64,000 nucleotides of DNA from an uncultured virus (IMG/VR IMGVR_UViG_3300020044_008989) (IMGVR_UViG_3300020044_008989:64001-128000); one strand, 5' to 3'; counted from the first letter of the stretch, positions 45,407 to 56,419 are shown. Made by a program: numbers and translations. The notes: generated by a model from the sequence alone, not told the origin.

Positions 45407-48400
45407 ATGGGATGGGCACAAGGCTTGCAGCCAGAGAAGCGCAGCGGACACGTTAATAAAGAACTTGCCGAAGTAAAGGGCTTTCTTGAGGAGAAGGACG
45501 CCAAACTTTGGTTGGAAAAATTCTTTAGAGAAAACCTTGGACTGCTCTCCAAAATTCTTACGGGCGTGGAATTGTTAGAGTTCCAAAGCATGATGATCAA
45601 GGCGATGTTCAATGTTGACTATTTCCTTGCTATATGTAGTCGTGGCAGCGGAAAGAGCTTTATTTGTGCCATCTTTCTTATCTTGTACGCATCTTTAAAT
45701 CAGGGAATTAAGATTGGGATCATCGCAAATTCATTTCGCCAAGCTCGGCTCTTAATGCAAAAGATCATTGACTTAAGGCAAGACCCAAAGGCCAAATTCT
45801 TAGCTCAAATGATTACAGACAAGGATATTTCCTTGAAGAACGATGAGTGGGTGATTCGGATTGGCCGTAGTCAATTAATATGTTTACCCACAGGAGATGG
45901 CTGCCTAACTCTTTCATCCAGAACGACTTACGGCGATTCTGGCATAACTAGATTTGCCGACGTTTTCCCGAAAGATATTGATTTGATTGTTGACCATCAA
46001 GAATTTTCTTCCGATAAGAAGATTTGGTCAAATGGCAAATTCCGCACCAGCGATCAGCAGTTTTACAACGGAATTAGAGACACTAAAAGACTAACCACTA
46101 AAAGAGGTTTTCAAATCGAATCCACGCTAAATCACAAATTTAAGTGTGTCGAGAATGGTAATATTGCTTGGAAAGAAGCGCAGAATTATGTTATTGGTGA
46201 CAATATTATGATTGATAAAAGTGTTCGCTGGCATAGTTCCGACACAGAGTTGACCGAGAATGAGTGTTATGCGTTCGGGGCTTTAATTGGAGATGGGTGT
46301 TTTGGTAAGGCGAGTGCCGTTGGTTTTGCGACCCATGATGAAGGAATTATGGACAGGGTGAAATTGGGCACTCCGTTTAAATGGACTCAATGCTCCGACA
46401 AAGTTCATTGGCATGGTGGAGGTGGAGATGAATTGAAATTTAAATACTTAGAAAAATTTAATTTCAAGGATGAGTCTTCATGGAAAACCAAAGACAAACA
46501 TATTCCCATCCCAGTTCTTCGCTCTTCCAAAAGTAAAATGTCCGCTTTTATTCGCGGGCTTATGGACACAGATGGCAGCGTCCAGACGCGATCTGACAAT
46601 GGCAAGGGTTCTCACACACAGGTATCGTTCTTTAACACATCAGAGCGTCTAATCGACGATCTTCAATACGTTTTACTTCATTATGGAATTGTGTCGAATA
46701 AAATATCTCGCCAACGCACTCATGATAAAAGAGTTGGAGATGTGAATTGGAGTAAATCTTATGAGCTTTATATTAGCGGAGAAAACGTCCTAACGTATGC
46801 TAATGAGATTGGTTTTGGACTTAAAAGAAAACAAGATACCCTAAATCGTGGTATAGCCAATAAAACTCGATGGATGTCTATTTCTTATGATTCTGTTCCA
46901 GTAAACATTAATCTTTTGGAGGACATTGCTGAAAAATCTGCCCTCCCAAACAAGAGGATGGCTTTCGCTGGCATGGCGAATTTAAGAAGGAAAAAGATTA
47001 TTACAAAATCTCAACTTAGACTCTTTATTGAGAAGTATGAGTTATCTGGAGACGTTAGGATTGAAGGATTGAAACAGCTTGTTTCTGATGGCGTATTTTT
47101 TGACTCAATTTCCAGCATCGAAGATTCCAAAGCCCCAACTGCTGATCTTCACGTCCCAGATGGACACGAATACTGCGCCAATGGATTTTTCTCTCACAAC
47201 TCCAAGCTTCGCGGTTATCGCTTTAAGGTAATGGTTATTGATGAGCTTCTTCTTCTTAGTTCTAAACTCATTAATGAAGTTATTCGCCCGTTCCTATCCA
47301 CCAACACCGATGTCACGGAGAGAAAAAAGGTGCGCGAGGCCGAAGATATTCTTGTGTCCCAAGGTAAACTGGAAGATAAAGACAGAATCCAATGGGGCAA
47401 TAATAAATTAATTGGGTTATCTTCGGCGTCCTATTCTTTTGAATATCTCAAGACGATGTATGACGAATACGAGAAGGCAATTTTTGAGAAGAGAGCGGAT
47501 AATGCAAAATATAGCATCTTCCACATATCCTACGATTGTTTGCCAGCGGAACTTTATGACCAAGCTCTTATTGCGAGCGCCAAAGCTCAAATGAGTGAAG
47601 CTCAATTTGGGAGGGAGTTCATGAGTCAATTTACAGATGATAGTTCTGGTTATTTTAAAATGTCCAAGATGATTGCCTGTACATATTCGGACGGAGAAGG
47701 ACAGCCTGTGGAAGCCATGGGAGAAAAGGGCGCTACTTATATTATTTCTGGAGATATTAGTTGGTCGGAGTCAGACGGTTCGGATGATTTTGTTTTTCAT
47801 GTAATCAAATATTTCAGAGAAACGGATATTGGCGTGGTAGTTCATTCTTATGCGCTCCCAGGAACCGCCATGAAAGAGCATATCAAGTATTTCCACTTTC
47901 TCTATAAAGCGTTCAGTCCAGAGTTGATTATTTTCGACTTTATGGGCGGCGTTCAGTTTTTATCGGCGGCAAATGAAAGTGAATTATTTAAGACTGATGG
48001 AATCGAAATTAAAACTATTGACGTTGAAGTAGAAGACCCCACTAAATATCAAGAGGACTTAAAATCTATTCGCAATATCCATAATCTATCTGATAATAGA
48101 ATTTGCATACAAAGAAAACCATCTGGTAACTTTATTCGTCAGGCGAATGAAATTCTTCAGGCAGCGTTTGATCATAAAAGGCTGATGTTTGCCTCTATGG
48201 CGATAGATGATGATTTCGTAAAACAAACGTCTATGCCCGTGCCAGTGAATGATTTAAAGTTCTTGCGGGAAACTATGACTATTAAACAGAATTCCGTAGA
48301 TTTTGTGGAAAACCTCAAAGACAACATTAATATGATAAGAACTCAATGCGCTCTTATCGAGGTTGCCAGCACCCCACAAGGGAATCAAACATTTGATTTG

Positions 48401-48556
48401 CCGCTCAATTTAAAAAGACAGAGAGGTTCTGGGAAAGCGAGAAAGGATAGTTACTCGGCATTAGTCTTAGGAAACTGGGGCTTACAAATCTATCGGGATA
48501 TGATGGCAACCCCTAAAGAAGACGACTACGGAACATTTGAGCCATTTATTTGTTAA
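45407..48556 (+). CDS. terL: terminase large subunit containing an intein
   Basis: SRGSGKS Walker A, LRGYRF..MVIDE Walker B, LSSAS, FGREFMSQF, nuclease D...SD, RKDSYSAL. Confidence 0.9.
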   Translation: MGWAQGLQPEKRSGHVNKELAEVKGFLEEKDAKLWLEKFFRENLGLLSKILTGVELLEFQSMMIKAMFNVDYFLAICSRGSGKSFICAIFLILYASLNQGIKIGIIANSFRQARLLMQKIIDLRQDPKAKFLAQMITDKDISLKNDEWVIRIGRSQLICLPTGDGCLTLSSRTTYGDSGITRFADVFPKDIDLIVDHQEFSSDKKIWSNGKFRTSDQQFYNGIRDTKRLTTKRGFQIESTLNHKFKCVENGNIAWKEAQNYVIGDNIMIDKSVRWHSSDTELTENECYAFGALIGDGCFGKASAVGFATHDEGIMDRVKLGTPFKWTQCSDKVHWHGGGGDELKFKYLEKFNFKDESSWKTKDKHIPIPVLRSSKSKMSAFIRGLMDTDGSVQTRSDNGKGSHTQVSFFNTSERLIDDLQYVLLHYGIVSNKISRQRTHDKRVGDVNWSKSYELYISGENVLTYANEIGFGLKRKQDTLNRGIANKTRWMSISYDSVPVNINLLEDIAEKSALPNKRMAFAGMANLRRKKIITKSQLRLFIEKYELSGDVRIEGLKQLVSDGVFFDSISSIEDSKAPTADLHVPDGHEYCANGFFSHNSKLRGYRFKVMVIDELLLLSSKLINEVIRPFLSTNTDVTERKKVREAEDILVSQGKLEDKDRIQWGNNKLIGLSSASYSFEYLKTMYDEYEKAIFEKRADNAKYSIFHISYDCLPAELYDQALIASAKAQMSEAQFGREFMSQFTDDSSGYFKMSKMIACTYSDGEGQPVEAMGEKGATYIISGDISWSESDGSDDFVFHVIKYFRETDIGVVVHSYALPGTAMKEHIKYFHFLYKAFSPELIIFDFMGGVQFLSAANESELFKTDGIEIKTIDVEVEDPTKYQEDLKSIRNIHNLSDNRICIQRKPSGNFIRQANEILQAAFDHKRLMFASMAIDDDFVKQTSMPVPVNDLKFLRETMTIKQNSVDFVENLKDNINMIRTQCALIEVASTPQGNQTFDLPLNLKRQRGSGKARKDSYSALVLGNWGLQIYRDMMATPKEDDYGTFEPFIC
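45902..47200 (+). mobile_element. intein with LAGLIDADG endonuclease (433 aa)
   Basis: G|CLTLSS start, TLNHKF block B, GALIGDG and RGLMDTDG, ends FSHN|S. Confidence 0.9.
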
Positions 48557-48722
48557 TATGAGCGACGAATCGTACTTGGGCCACTTAAAAGAAGAATAGG
48601 ATTATCTCAAAGAAGTCCTGTGTCGTTGCTTCTTTGGGCGATTATTATTGGCGGGGCAATATATTGTTGGTTTGAAAGTTGACAATAAGTTACTTTTTGT
48701 TGACTTTGTGTAATATGTTTAT

Positions 48723-50699
48723 ATGTCAAAAAGAAGTTATACGAAGAAAAGCGACTACTGGGAAACAAGATTTTCTTCGAAGCCAGAAACCCAAGAAATT
48801 TCTACGGCGGCAACTTTTGAGCCCGAATCTTTCGGTGATCCATTTGTAGCTTTCGGGTCTGAAATGGCTCGCGCATCGACAAGATCAACGTCGGAAACTT
48901 CTGGTGGGCGAATTAATCGCTCTACAATTACCCCCACGATAGACAAATTCTCTCAGATTCGGCAAATGACTATGCCGTATTCTTACGCTAATGGTTGCGT
49001 CAATATGAGAGATGCGGTGGAACTTACTCAGAAGGCGTATGCTAACGTAGCCACCTACAAGAACGCTGTGGATTTGATGAGCGAGTTCTCGAACACAGAA
49101 GTCTATTTAAAATACGGCAGCAAGGCTTCTAGGGACTTTTTCGCCCGCTGGTTCCGCAAAATTAACCTTTGGAACCTCAAGAAGAATTACTTTCTAGAGT
49201 ATTTTCGCTCTAGTAATATCTTTTTGTATCGCGTGGATGGTAAATTCTCCGTCGAAGACTTTCTTAAGCTATCCACGGTTTACGCGGCAGAAGACGGCCT
49301 TTCCAATGACGAGATTCCATTAAAGTATATCTTGCTTAACCCTTATGACATGGTGGCGAACAACACTGCCGCCTTTACGGGGGAATGTTACGAAAAAGTA
49401 CTTTCAAAGTCAGAATTGAAGCGCCTCAAGAACCCTATCACGGACGACGACAAGGAATTACTAAATGGTTTGCCTCAAGACGCCAAGGATTTAATTAAAA
49501 AGGGCGCATATTTTTCTGACGGCATTCGAATCAAGTTGGACCCCCAGAAGATTCACATGTCCTTTGCCAAGAAGCAGGACTACGAGCCTTTCGCTATTCC
49601 TTTCGGGTGGCCAGTGTTGGAAGACATTAACGCCAAGCTGGAAATGAAACGCGCCGACCAAGCAATTATGCGGACGGTGGAAAACGTCATTCTCTTGATT
49701 AAAACAGGGGAAAAGAAAGACCAATACGGCGGCGGCATCAATCAAAATAACATTGAAGCCCTAAGAAAGTTGTTCATGAACGGCACTACGGGTCGAACTC
49801 TTGTTGCCGATTATACTACGAGTGCGGATTTCGTTTTGCCCGACCTAAAAAAAGTTCTCGGCCCCGAAAAATATACGATTCTTAATCAAGACATTCGGGA
49901 AGGCTTGCAAAATATCATTGTGGGCGAAGAAAAATACGGAAACACCCAAGCTAAGATTAATGTTTTCCTAGATAAGTTGCGCGAGGCGCGAAATTCTTTC
50001 TTGGAGTTTTTGCAGTCTGAAATTAAGCGCGTGTCTAAGATTATGGGTTTCAGACAGACTCCCGTTGCCACATTTACGGACATTTCCTTACAGGATAACA
50101 CGGAGCTTATGCGGGTGGCTAACAGATTGGCCGAGTTGGGCATTCTGACGCCCCAAGAACTCATGCGCGTATTTAAACGTGGCGAGTTCCCAGACGACGA
50201 TGAAATTGGGTTGGAGCAGGAGCAGTATATTAAGGATCGTAAGGACAATAAATGGATGCCCCTTTCTCCAGTTCCAATCACGCAGGCACCTCCGCCCGCT
50301 CTTGATCCCAACAAAGCTCTTGCGGGACCGTCTTCTACGAAAAAAACCAAGACGATGACCCCCGCTGGAAGGCCAAGTGGTTCCAAAGCGTCAGTTTCTC
50401 TTGAAGCAATTAAAGAAATTACCTTGGCCGCGAATAATTTAGAATCTTCTATTTTGGATATGGTGAAAGCCAAGACTGGGACCGAATTAACCGCCGAACA
50501 AAAGACTCTCGCCCGCGAACTAACTGAGAAGGTCGTGGCGTCGTCAGAACCTTCCTCGTGGAACAGTCGGGCGCTAGAATGTGTTGAAACGCCATCTAAG
50601 ATTATTGATTTGGTTCCGTCTGAGGAAATTCAGATTCTTGCGGCGGAGTCTGGGTTGGACGATTATGCGGCGGCTCTGTATGTTTGGGCGGCGCAATAA
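48723..50699 (+). CDS. portal protein
   Basis: 658 aa immediately after terL and before the protease; helical core with low-complexity tail; GTGTAA at 48708. Confidence 0.7.
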   Translation: MSKRSYTKKSDYWETRFSSKPETQEISTAATFEPESFGDPFVAFGSEMARASTRSTSETSGGRINRSTITPTIDKFSQIRQMTMPYSYANGCVNMRDAVELTQKAYANVATYKNAVDLMSEFSNTEVYLKYGSKASRDFFARWFRKINLWNLKKNYFLEYFRSSNIFLYRVDGKFSVEDFLKLSTVYAAEDGLSNDEIPLKYILLNPYDMVANNTAAFTGECYEKVLSKSELKRLKNPITDDDKELLNGLPQDAKDLIKKGAYFSDGIRIKLDPQKIHMSFAKKQDYEPFAIPFGWPVLEDINAKLEMKRADQAIMRTVENVILLIKTGEKKDQYGGGINQNNIEALRKLFMNGTTGRTLVADYTTSADFVLPDLKKVLGPEKYTILNQDIREGLQNIIVGEEKYGNTQAKINVFLDKLREARNSFLEFLQSEIKRVSKIMGFRQTPVATFTDISLQDNTELMRVANRLAELGILTPQELMRVFKRGEFPDDDEIGLEQEQYIKDRKDNKWMPLSPVPITQAPPPALDPNKALAGPSSTKKTKTMTPAGRPSGSKASVSLEAIKEITLAANNLESSILDMVKAKTGTELTAEQKTLARELTEKVVASSEPSSWNSRALECVETPSKIIDLVPSEEIQILAAESGLDDYAAALYVWAAQ

Positions 50700-50738
50700 T
50701 TATTTCTCCCAAGGGTTGAGTTGCCTTTTAAGCTCATG

Positions 50739-50999
50739 CTACTTCCATTCTTCGTTGTTAAAATAACTCGCGCCCAAAGTTTTTAATTCTTGAAGGCGGC
50801 TAATAAAATCATCTAGGTCACAAATATGAATGCAATCATCGTCGCCATCAAAGATTCTGGTTAAATCTACGCATCCATCCCAAGAGACTTTTGCTTCATA
50901 CGCCCCTTCGTAATCAAGGCTTTCTGCCTGAAAAGAGTGTTTAAAGTTGTCGGGGATTATTTTCCAGTGTTTGTTCATTGCCGAGTAAACGTAATCCAA
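50739..50999 (-). CDS. hypothetical protein inserted antisense in the head module
   Basis: IHICDLDDFISRLQEL motif; true start may be MNKHW. Confidence 0.6.
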   Translation of the reverse strand: MDYVYSAMNKHWKIIPDNFKHSFQAESLDYEGAYEAKVSWDGCVDLTRIFDGDDDCIHICDLDDFISRLQELKTLGASYFNNEEWK

Positions 51000-51031
51000 G
51001 GGCCAAATCTTTCAATGGTGTAAATTATTGG

Positions 51032-52567
51032 ATGGTCCCCCTCTTTCGGACAACTTTTGAGTCAGAAATTATTTCCGCGTCTTCATGGAAAGATTCTGAA
51101 ATTTCTCGTGCTTCCCTTGAGGGGTTGCGCGGTTTAATCCCCGCAGAGGTAGATTTACAGAAGAACCCCGACCTTATTAGTATCGCCTTTAATGGGTCAG
51201 TCGCAAATCTTTGCAACAAGAATGATGATTGCGTTGGAACGGCGGAATCAATTATCCTCGCAAATACAGCTTTCCACAAGAGCCTCAACCTCGAACACAA
51301 GAGCGAAAAGATTGTCGGGCACTTGATTACTGCTGGATATTCTTCTTTTGGCGACAATAAAATTCTCACAGAAGATGAGGTTCGCGAAATGGTTGAGCCG
51401 TTCAACGTGTCTTTTGGGGCAGTAGTTTATCGTAAGATTTATCCCGAACTTGGGAATTTGATCATGTCTTCCACTGATCCCAAGAATAAATTCTACAAGA
51501 AAATCTCGTCTAGTTTTGAAGTGGCGTTTAGTGATTATCACTTAGCCGTTGGCAGTAAGAATTTAAAAGAGGCCGAAATAATTTCCGATCCCAAAAAGAT
51601 CGCCGAACTCCGAAAATACCTAAAGAAATACGGTGGAAGCGGCGAAACTCCTCAAGGAGAAAAGATATACAGAAAAATAATCGGCGCGAATATTTTAACA
51701 GTTGGACATGGCCTAGTCGCCCGACCCGCTGGGGAAGTATGTGGGCTAATCGCAGACGACGGCAAAAAACAAAAATCTACCGCCACAATCTCCCTCTTTG
51801 CGCCCAAGGAAAAAAAATGTGTAATAATTGACAAGACCCCGAATCATAACATGGACATCGAAGAAACTATCCAAGAAATGGCGGCGAGCGTTAAACAGCT
51901 TGTGGCCGAAAATAAAAGCGAGGAAGCCGTTGCTTCCGTCCGCAAAACCATCGAATCCGCTATCAAGGAGGCAAACAAGGAGTTTATCACCGAGCGCGAT
52001 AAAGCTCGCACTGATCGCGAAGCTTCCGAGGCTAAGCTTACTGAACTCTACGCTCAAGTCGAAAAGATGAGCGACAAGATGATGAAGGCTGAACGCAAAA
52101 TGTACGAAATGGAGGAACAGAGTCGCGCCGCCAAAACTATGATTCGCTATAATGAGCGCATGGCCGCTATGCAGGACGAATACGAAATGGATGAAGAAGA
52201 TTGTGCTGTCGTCGCTTCCAAACTCAAGACTCTTGAAGTCAAGGACGAAGATGAAGCCGACGAAGTGTTCGCCGCTTTCAAGGGTGAAATGAGCAAGTTG
52301 TGGAAACACAAAAACAAAACCGCCAAAGCTGCCTACCAAAAAGAACTGGACGAAAAAATCCAATCCGAAGTTACCAAGAAACTCGCCGAACTCTCCACCG
52401 CTTCAACAGTGAAGGCTGGCGAAGAAGGTAAGGCTGTTGATGATGCTCTTGATAAGGCCAAAGCATCTGAAGAAAAAAGTGTAAGCAATAATAACGAAAA
52501 CACTGGTGCCGAAAAAACCCTCGCAGAACGTTTCGGCTCCGCACTCAAAGTCAACATCTCCCAGTAA
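51032..52567 (+). CDS. prohead protease-scaffold fusion
   Basis: NKNDD, NLEH..IVGH, SSSFEV, GLVARPA in the N-terminal half; coiled-coil C-terminal half; ATG 51032 lies 8 nt after GTGTAA. Confidence 0.75.
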   Translation: MVPLFRTTFESEIISASSWKDSEISRASLEGLRGLIPAEVDLQKNPDLISIAFNGSVANLCNKNDDCVGTAESIILANTAFHKSLNLEHKSEKIVGHLITAGYSSFGDNKILTEDEVREMVEPFNVSFGAVVYRKIYPELGNLIMSSTDPKNKFYKKISSSFEVAFSDYHLAVGSKNLKEAEIISDPKKIAELRKYLKKYGGSGETPQGEKIYRKIIGANILTVGHGLVARPAGEVCGLIADDGKKQKSTATISLFAPKEKKCVIIDKTPNHNMDIEETIQEMAASVKQLVAENKSEEAVASVRKTIESAIKEANKEFITERDKARTDREASEAKLTELYAQVEKMSDKMMKAERKMYEMEEQSRAAKTMIRYNERMAAMQDEYEMDEEDCAVVASKLKTLEVKDEDEADEVFAAFKGEMSKLWKHKNKTAKAAYQKELDEKIQSEVTKKLAELSTASTVKAGEEGKAVDDALDKAKASEEKSVSNNNENTGAEKTLAERFGSALKVNISQ

Positions 52568-52590
52568 CCCACTCTCACTAAAAAACACAT

Positions 52591-53208
52591 ATGGCACGCC
52601 GTATCCTACCCTACAACATCACGAATCCTTGGGACGTACTTAATCACTACGCTCTTGACGATTTGTACATTAATAACTCGTCCACTGGAACAGGTTTCGG
52701 CGATGCTGGCGTCTTTGTGACTGTCGGCTCTGGCAACCTTGACTTGGATGCTATCACCTATACCGCTGATACTTTCCTTGGTAAAAAGGATTATCCGTTC
52801 ATGGGTTATAACAACTACCCGAAAGTCAGCCTTAAGGTTCGTCCTGCTGCTTCTGGCGATATTCCTCTTGGCATCACTCTCCGTCAGACCGCTGACTACG
52901 ATGAAAATGGCCAGAAGTTCATTTATAACAAACAGGACAAGGCTGAAACCATGCAAATCACAATGCGTGGCGATGCGGTTCCTGTTGCGACAAAGGGCGT
53001 TTTCACCTTCTTCCAGACTGCAATCGACGGTACTCTTACTCTTGGCGCTGGCGTGAAACTCTCTACCACGAGCGGTAAGCTCACTGGTTGTACGGCAACT
53101 GATGCTGCTCGCTGCGGTCAGGTTCTCGGTTCTGGTTCCCGTGGCTCCAATGGCGCTACTAGCCCCGACCTCTATAGTGGTAGCTTCTACCAGATCAAGA
53201 TCGGCTAA
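52591..53208 (+). CDS. capsid decoration/cement protein
   Basis: Between scaffold and MCP; G/T-rich, GDAVPVATKG; high-expression codon bias. Confidence 0.6.
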   Translation: MARRILPYNITNPWDVLNHYALDDLYINNSSTGTGFGDAGVFVTVGSGNLDLDAITYTADTFLGKKDYPFMGYNNYPKVSLKVRPAASGDIPLGITLRQTADYDENGQKFIYNKQDKAETMQITMRGDAVPVATKGVFTFFQTAIDGTLTLGAGVKLSTTSGKLTGCTATDAARCGQVLGSGSRGSNGATSPDLYSGSFYQIKIG

Positions 53209-53245
53209 TTTCATAAGCTCAACAAATACTACCTCTACTCACTAA

Positions 53246-54394
53246 ATGAAAATTACCTTCGAAAAAAACAACGAGCAGATTGAGCTTCTGAAAGCTATGG
53301 CAAGCCGTGACAAAACGGTTGCTGCCGAAGCCCAGCAAATCTTCGCCGCTTACATGGGTCCAGTCCTTTCGGCTGCTGCTGAACAGGCTCCTATCCTTGG
53401 CAACCTTTATACGTCTGTCTCTTATGACAGCAATGAAGCTCCAAGTCTTCGCACTGATTTGTTCTACGACATTAGCGATGAAAATTTCATAAACGTCTTC
53501 AGCTCTACTGCCGCTGGTGGTCTTGGAACTAATGAAGTCGTGCCAGTCGTTTCTGAAATGTTCGTTCGCACTTACGAACTTAATACCGCGCTCTCCTTTG
53601 ACCGTCGTATGCTCGCAAAATCGCCTAACCTCGATATTGTTGGCCGCACGATGAGCAAGGCTCTCCAGTCCATCCTGTTCCAGATTGAGAACAAATCGGT
53701 TGGGCCGCTTATGTCCGCCCTTGCTAGCGCCTCCACCAACAGTAAGAACCATGTGTTCCGTGCTGCTGTCGCTGGTCGTCTCCTTCCTGATGACTTTAAC
53801 GCTCTGATCACTCTCAGCAAGCGCATCTATACTTCCTACATGGGCGGCACTCCTGTTGGTGCTCGTGGTCGCACTACCGACCTCTTCCTCTCCCCCGAGA
53901 AGATGGCTCTCCTGCGCGAAATGGCCTATCAGCCAATCAACACCAAGACGGCTCCACAGGGTTCCGCCGTCAAAGATGGCCTTGCTGCTCCCGATAAGGT
54001 ACGCGAGGCTCTCTGGGGCGCTGCTGACGTGACGACCTTCTATGGTCAGGCGATTCATGAGTTTAACGAATTCGGTATCGGCCAACGTTTCAACACCGTC
54101 TTCGATGTTGCCGCTGGTTCCACCAACTATTCGCAGGCTGACGGCTCCACTGGTTCCGCCGCTTTCGATGGTGCCGCTACTGAGCTTATCCTTGGTATCG
54201 ACCGCTCCCGCGCTTCCAACTCCCTTATCCGCCTTGCGGAAGTGGACGCTGAAGTTGGTTCGGAATTCGTCTTTGAAGTGGACAATCAGTTCGAAACCGC
54301 TTCTAGTCGCACCAAAAAGATCGGCTACTTTGGAGGTCTTTCTGAAGGGCGCGTGATTTTGGATCGGCGCGTTTTGACAGGTCTTATCGTGTAA
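53246..54394 (+). CDS. major capsid protein
   Basis: 382 aa, synteny, strong codon bias, strong terminator downstream. Confidence 0.75.
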   Translation: MKITFEKNNEQIELLKAMASRDKTVAAEAQQIFAAYMGPVLSAAAEQAPILGNLYTSVSYDSNEAPSLRTDLFYDISDENFINVFSSTAAGGLGTNEVVPVVSEMFVRTYELNTALSFDRRMLAKSPNLDIVGRTMSKALQSILFQIENKSVGPLMSALASASTNSKNHVFRAAVAGRLLPDDFNALITLSKRIYTSYMGGTPVGARGRTTDLFLSPEKMALLREMAYQPINTKTAPQGSAVKDGLAAPDKVREALWGAADVTTFYGQAIHEFNEFGIGQRFNTVFDVAAGSTNYSQADGSTGSAAFDGAATELILGIDRSRASNSLIRLAEVDAEVGSEFVFEVDNQFETASSRTKKIGYFGGLSEGRVILDRRVLTGLIV

Positions 54395-54408
54395 TTTCTC
54401 TCAACGAG

Positions 54409-54441
54409 AAAGTCCGAGGCTTAATCGCCTCGGACTTTTTT
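54409..54441 (+). terminator. intrinsic terminator
   Basis: AAAGTCCGAGGC-TTAATC-GCCTCGGACTTT followed by Ts. Confidence 0.85.
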
Positions 54442-54477
54442 GTGTCTATTTATCGCGATTTGTCTATTATTAATTGT

Positions 54478-54852
54478 ATGAACACTGATCCCCTTGATAA
54501 TATGGAATCCGCCAACGGCAAACTTGAAGATTTAAACGACCTTCGTTCTCTGGAGGCTATTTTCGCCACAAAAAGCACGAATATTTACGGCACTACCGAT
54601 ATTCGCATCTTCAAAGAAAATATTGAGGGAATGGGAATTGTCGATCTACAGAGTATGGCAGAAAAAATTGGCGTAAACAAGTATCTTTCTGTACCAGAGA
54701 TTAAAGCGGCGCTCATTCGCTCCTTTGAGCGTAACGCAGGAACTCACCAACATTCGCTAAATATCCCTAAACGCATTCCGACCCCACAATTTGATAAGAA
54801 TAATCCAGAGCATCTCTCCCTAATGAAGTCTCTTGGTATGAAAACTTACTGA
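54478..54852 (+). CDS. hypothetical protein
   Basis: ORF after the MCP terminator; start moved to MNTDP. Confidence 0.6.
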   Translation: MNTDPLDNMESANGKLEDLNDLRSLEAIFATKSTNIYGTTDIRIFKENIEGMGIVDLQSMAEKIGVNKYLSVPEIKAALIRSFERNAGTHQHSLNIPKRIPTPQFDKNNPEHLSLMKSLGMKTY

Positions 54853-54883
54853 TAGATCATGGGTGGGACTTGCGTTTACTTGA

Positions 54884-55903
54884 TTGATGCCAGCATTATC
54901 AATCAGTCAAGACCAGATATTAAAAATTAAATCCTTGGGTGAAAAGGGGTTAAGGATTATTGATATTTCTAAGGAAATGGGGCTAAGTCACAGCCTTACA
55001 AGCGCGCATTTTCATAAGTTTTTTCCCAGCAAAAAGAAAAATCCAGACTGGAGTGAGGAAGAAATTGAGCATTTGGAGTCTCTCCTTAAAGAGGGACTTT
55101 CTCATTCGGCGATACAAAAGATAATAGGAAGAACTCCTTCTGCTATTAGAATTAAGGCCCATCAAATGGGTTTCAAAAGTCAACTTGACCGCGCCATTTA
55201 TTCTTACGATAAAGACTTCTGGAACGAACCGAATCCAATTAATTGCGCGCTTGCTGGATTTGTTGCAGCAGATGGTTGTATATCCGTAACTAGCTCTTCT
55301 AAGATATTTTTAATTAATTTGGCAGAAATTGATGCTGGGTATTTGAAAATGTTCGCCCATTTTGTCGGTTCTGACGCCCCATTAAGATACTACGTTGCGC
55401 CACATGGCGGCAGAATGGTGTCTATGCGTTTTACTGCCAACGCTTGGGTTGAACCTCTTGCTGATATTTACAACATCATTCCCGCAAAGACACACAAATT
55501 GAAGTTGCCAAACATCCCCTCTCATTTGATGGATCATTACTTCAAGGGTTTTACTGACGGCGATGGATATTGGGGAGTAGGTAGCAAAGAAAGGTATCTG
55601 AATTACTCTGTTGTTGGGGCTGTCCCAGACGTTATTGAGGCGATTTGCGCTAGGCTCAACGATTTCCCTCAAACGCACGGACCAGTTAAAGTTGGCCGTG
55701 ATCAAACTGGGTTATATAGAGTAACAAAAGGCGGACTCGGCGCTGTTGAATTTGCAAAAACACTATACAGTCTCCCATCTCCCTCTCTGTGGCGCAAGCA
55801 TAAATTAGTTTACGATTTTATCGAAAAGAATCCGCGTTACGGCCCGAATATTTTATCGCCGCAAGATCATTACGCATCTCTAGGTTACGAATATGAGCCA
55901 TAA
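54884..55903 (+). CDS. free-standing LAGLIDADG homing endonuclease with N-terminal HTH repeats
   Basis: LAGFVAADGCI and YFKGFTDGDG; WSEEEIEHL...IGRTPSAI. Confidence 0.85.
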   Translation: MMPALSISQDQILKIKSLGEKGLRIIDISKEMGLSHSLTSAHFHKFFPSKKKNPDWSEEEIEHLESLLKEGLSHSAIQKIIGRTPSAIRIKAHQMGFKSQLDRAIYSYDKDFWNEPNPINCALAGFVAADGCISVTSSSKIFLINLAEIDAGYLKMFAHFVGSDAPLRYYVAPHGGRMVSMRFTANAWVEPLADIYNIIPAKTHKLKLPNIPSHLMDHYFKGFTDGDGYWGVGSKERYLNYSVVGAVPDVIEAICARLNDFPQTHGPVKVGRDQTGLYRVTKGGLGAVEFAKTLYSLPSPSLWRKHKLVYDFIEKNPRYGPNILSPQDHYASLGYEYEP

Positions 55904-55918
55904 CGTGTAAATCTTTAC

Positions 55919-56404
55919 ATGCCCTATAACACTTTCTCAGGACTCGCCAGAGATACCTTCGCTAATGAGTTTGAATCCAACACAGGGATTACAACGTTCT
56001 CTCAAATTAGTGGTTGGTACGCGGCCAATGTGGGTAGTTTAAATAATCTGCTCCACACAAGCTTCTCTGGAGTTGACCCAGAAATTGACGTAGAAGCGGG
56101 CGCGATTTTCGGCATGATGTATCTCAGTTCTTACTACGATAGGCAAGCTAGGAACGCTGCACGCGGGGTTATTTCCAGCGCTAATGGAGAGAATATCCTG
56201 TCTGTATCAGACGGCGATAACAAAATTCAATTCTCCAACAGAAATGAAATCGCCAAAACATTTAGGGGTTTGTCGGCGGACACTACAGCGGCGATTGAAA
56301 AGGCGGCGGACAAATATTGTCTATTTTTGAGTGCTCCAAAGAGTATTAATGGGCTGGACATGGAAATCACGGGTTATGCGTTGGGAAGTTATTATTCGTT
56401 GTGA
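55919..56404 (+). CDS. putative head-tail adaptor
   Basis: Size, synteny, ILSVSDGDNKIQF; GTGTAA at 55905. Confidence 0.5.
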   Translation: MPYNTFSGLARDTFANEFESNTGITTFSQISGWYAANVGSLNNLLHTSFSGVDPEIDVEAGAIFGMMYLSSYYDRQARNAARGVISSANGENILSVSDGDNKIQFSNRNEIAKTFRGLSADTTAAIEKAADKYCLFLSAPKSINGLDMEITGYALGSYYSL

Positions 56405-56419
56405 TACCCGACAACTAGC

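Noticed and set aside
51025-54085. Long antisense ORFs (51746..52363, 52606..53214, 53219..54085; also 49886..50473)
   Set aside because: Shadow frames produced by strong codon bias in the head genes; no promoter or recognisable motifs.
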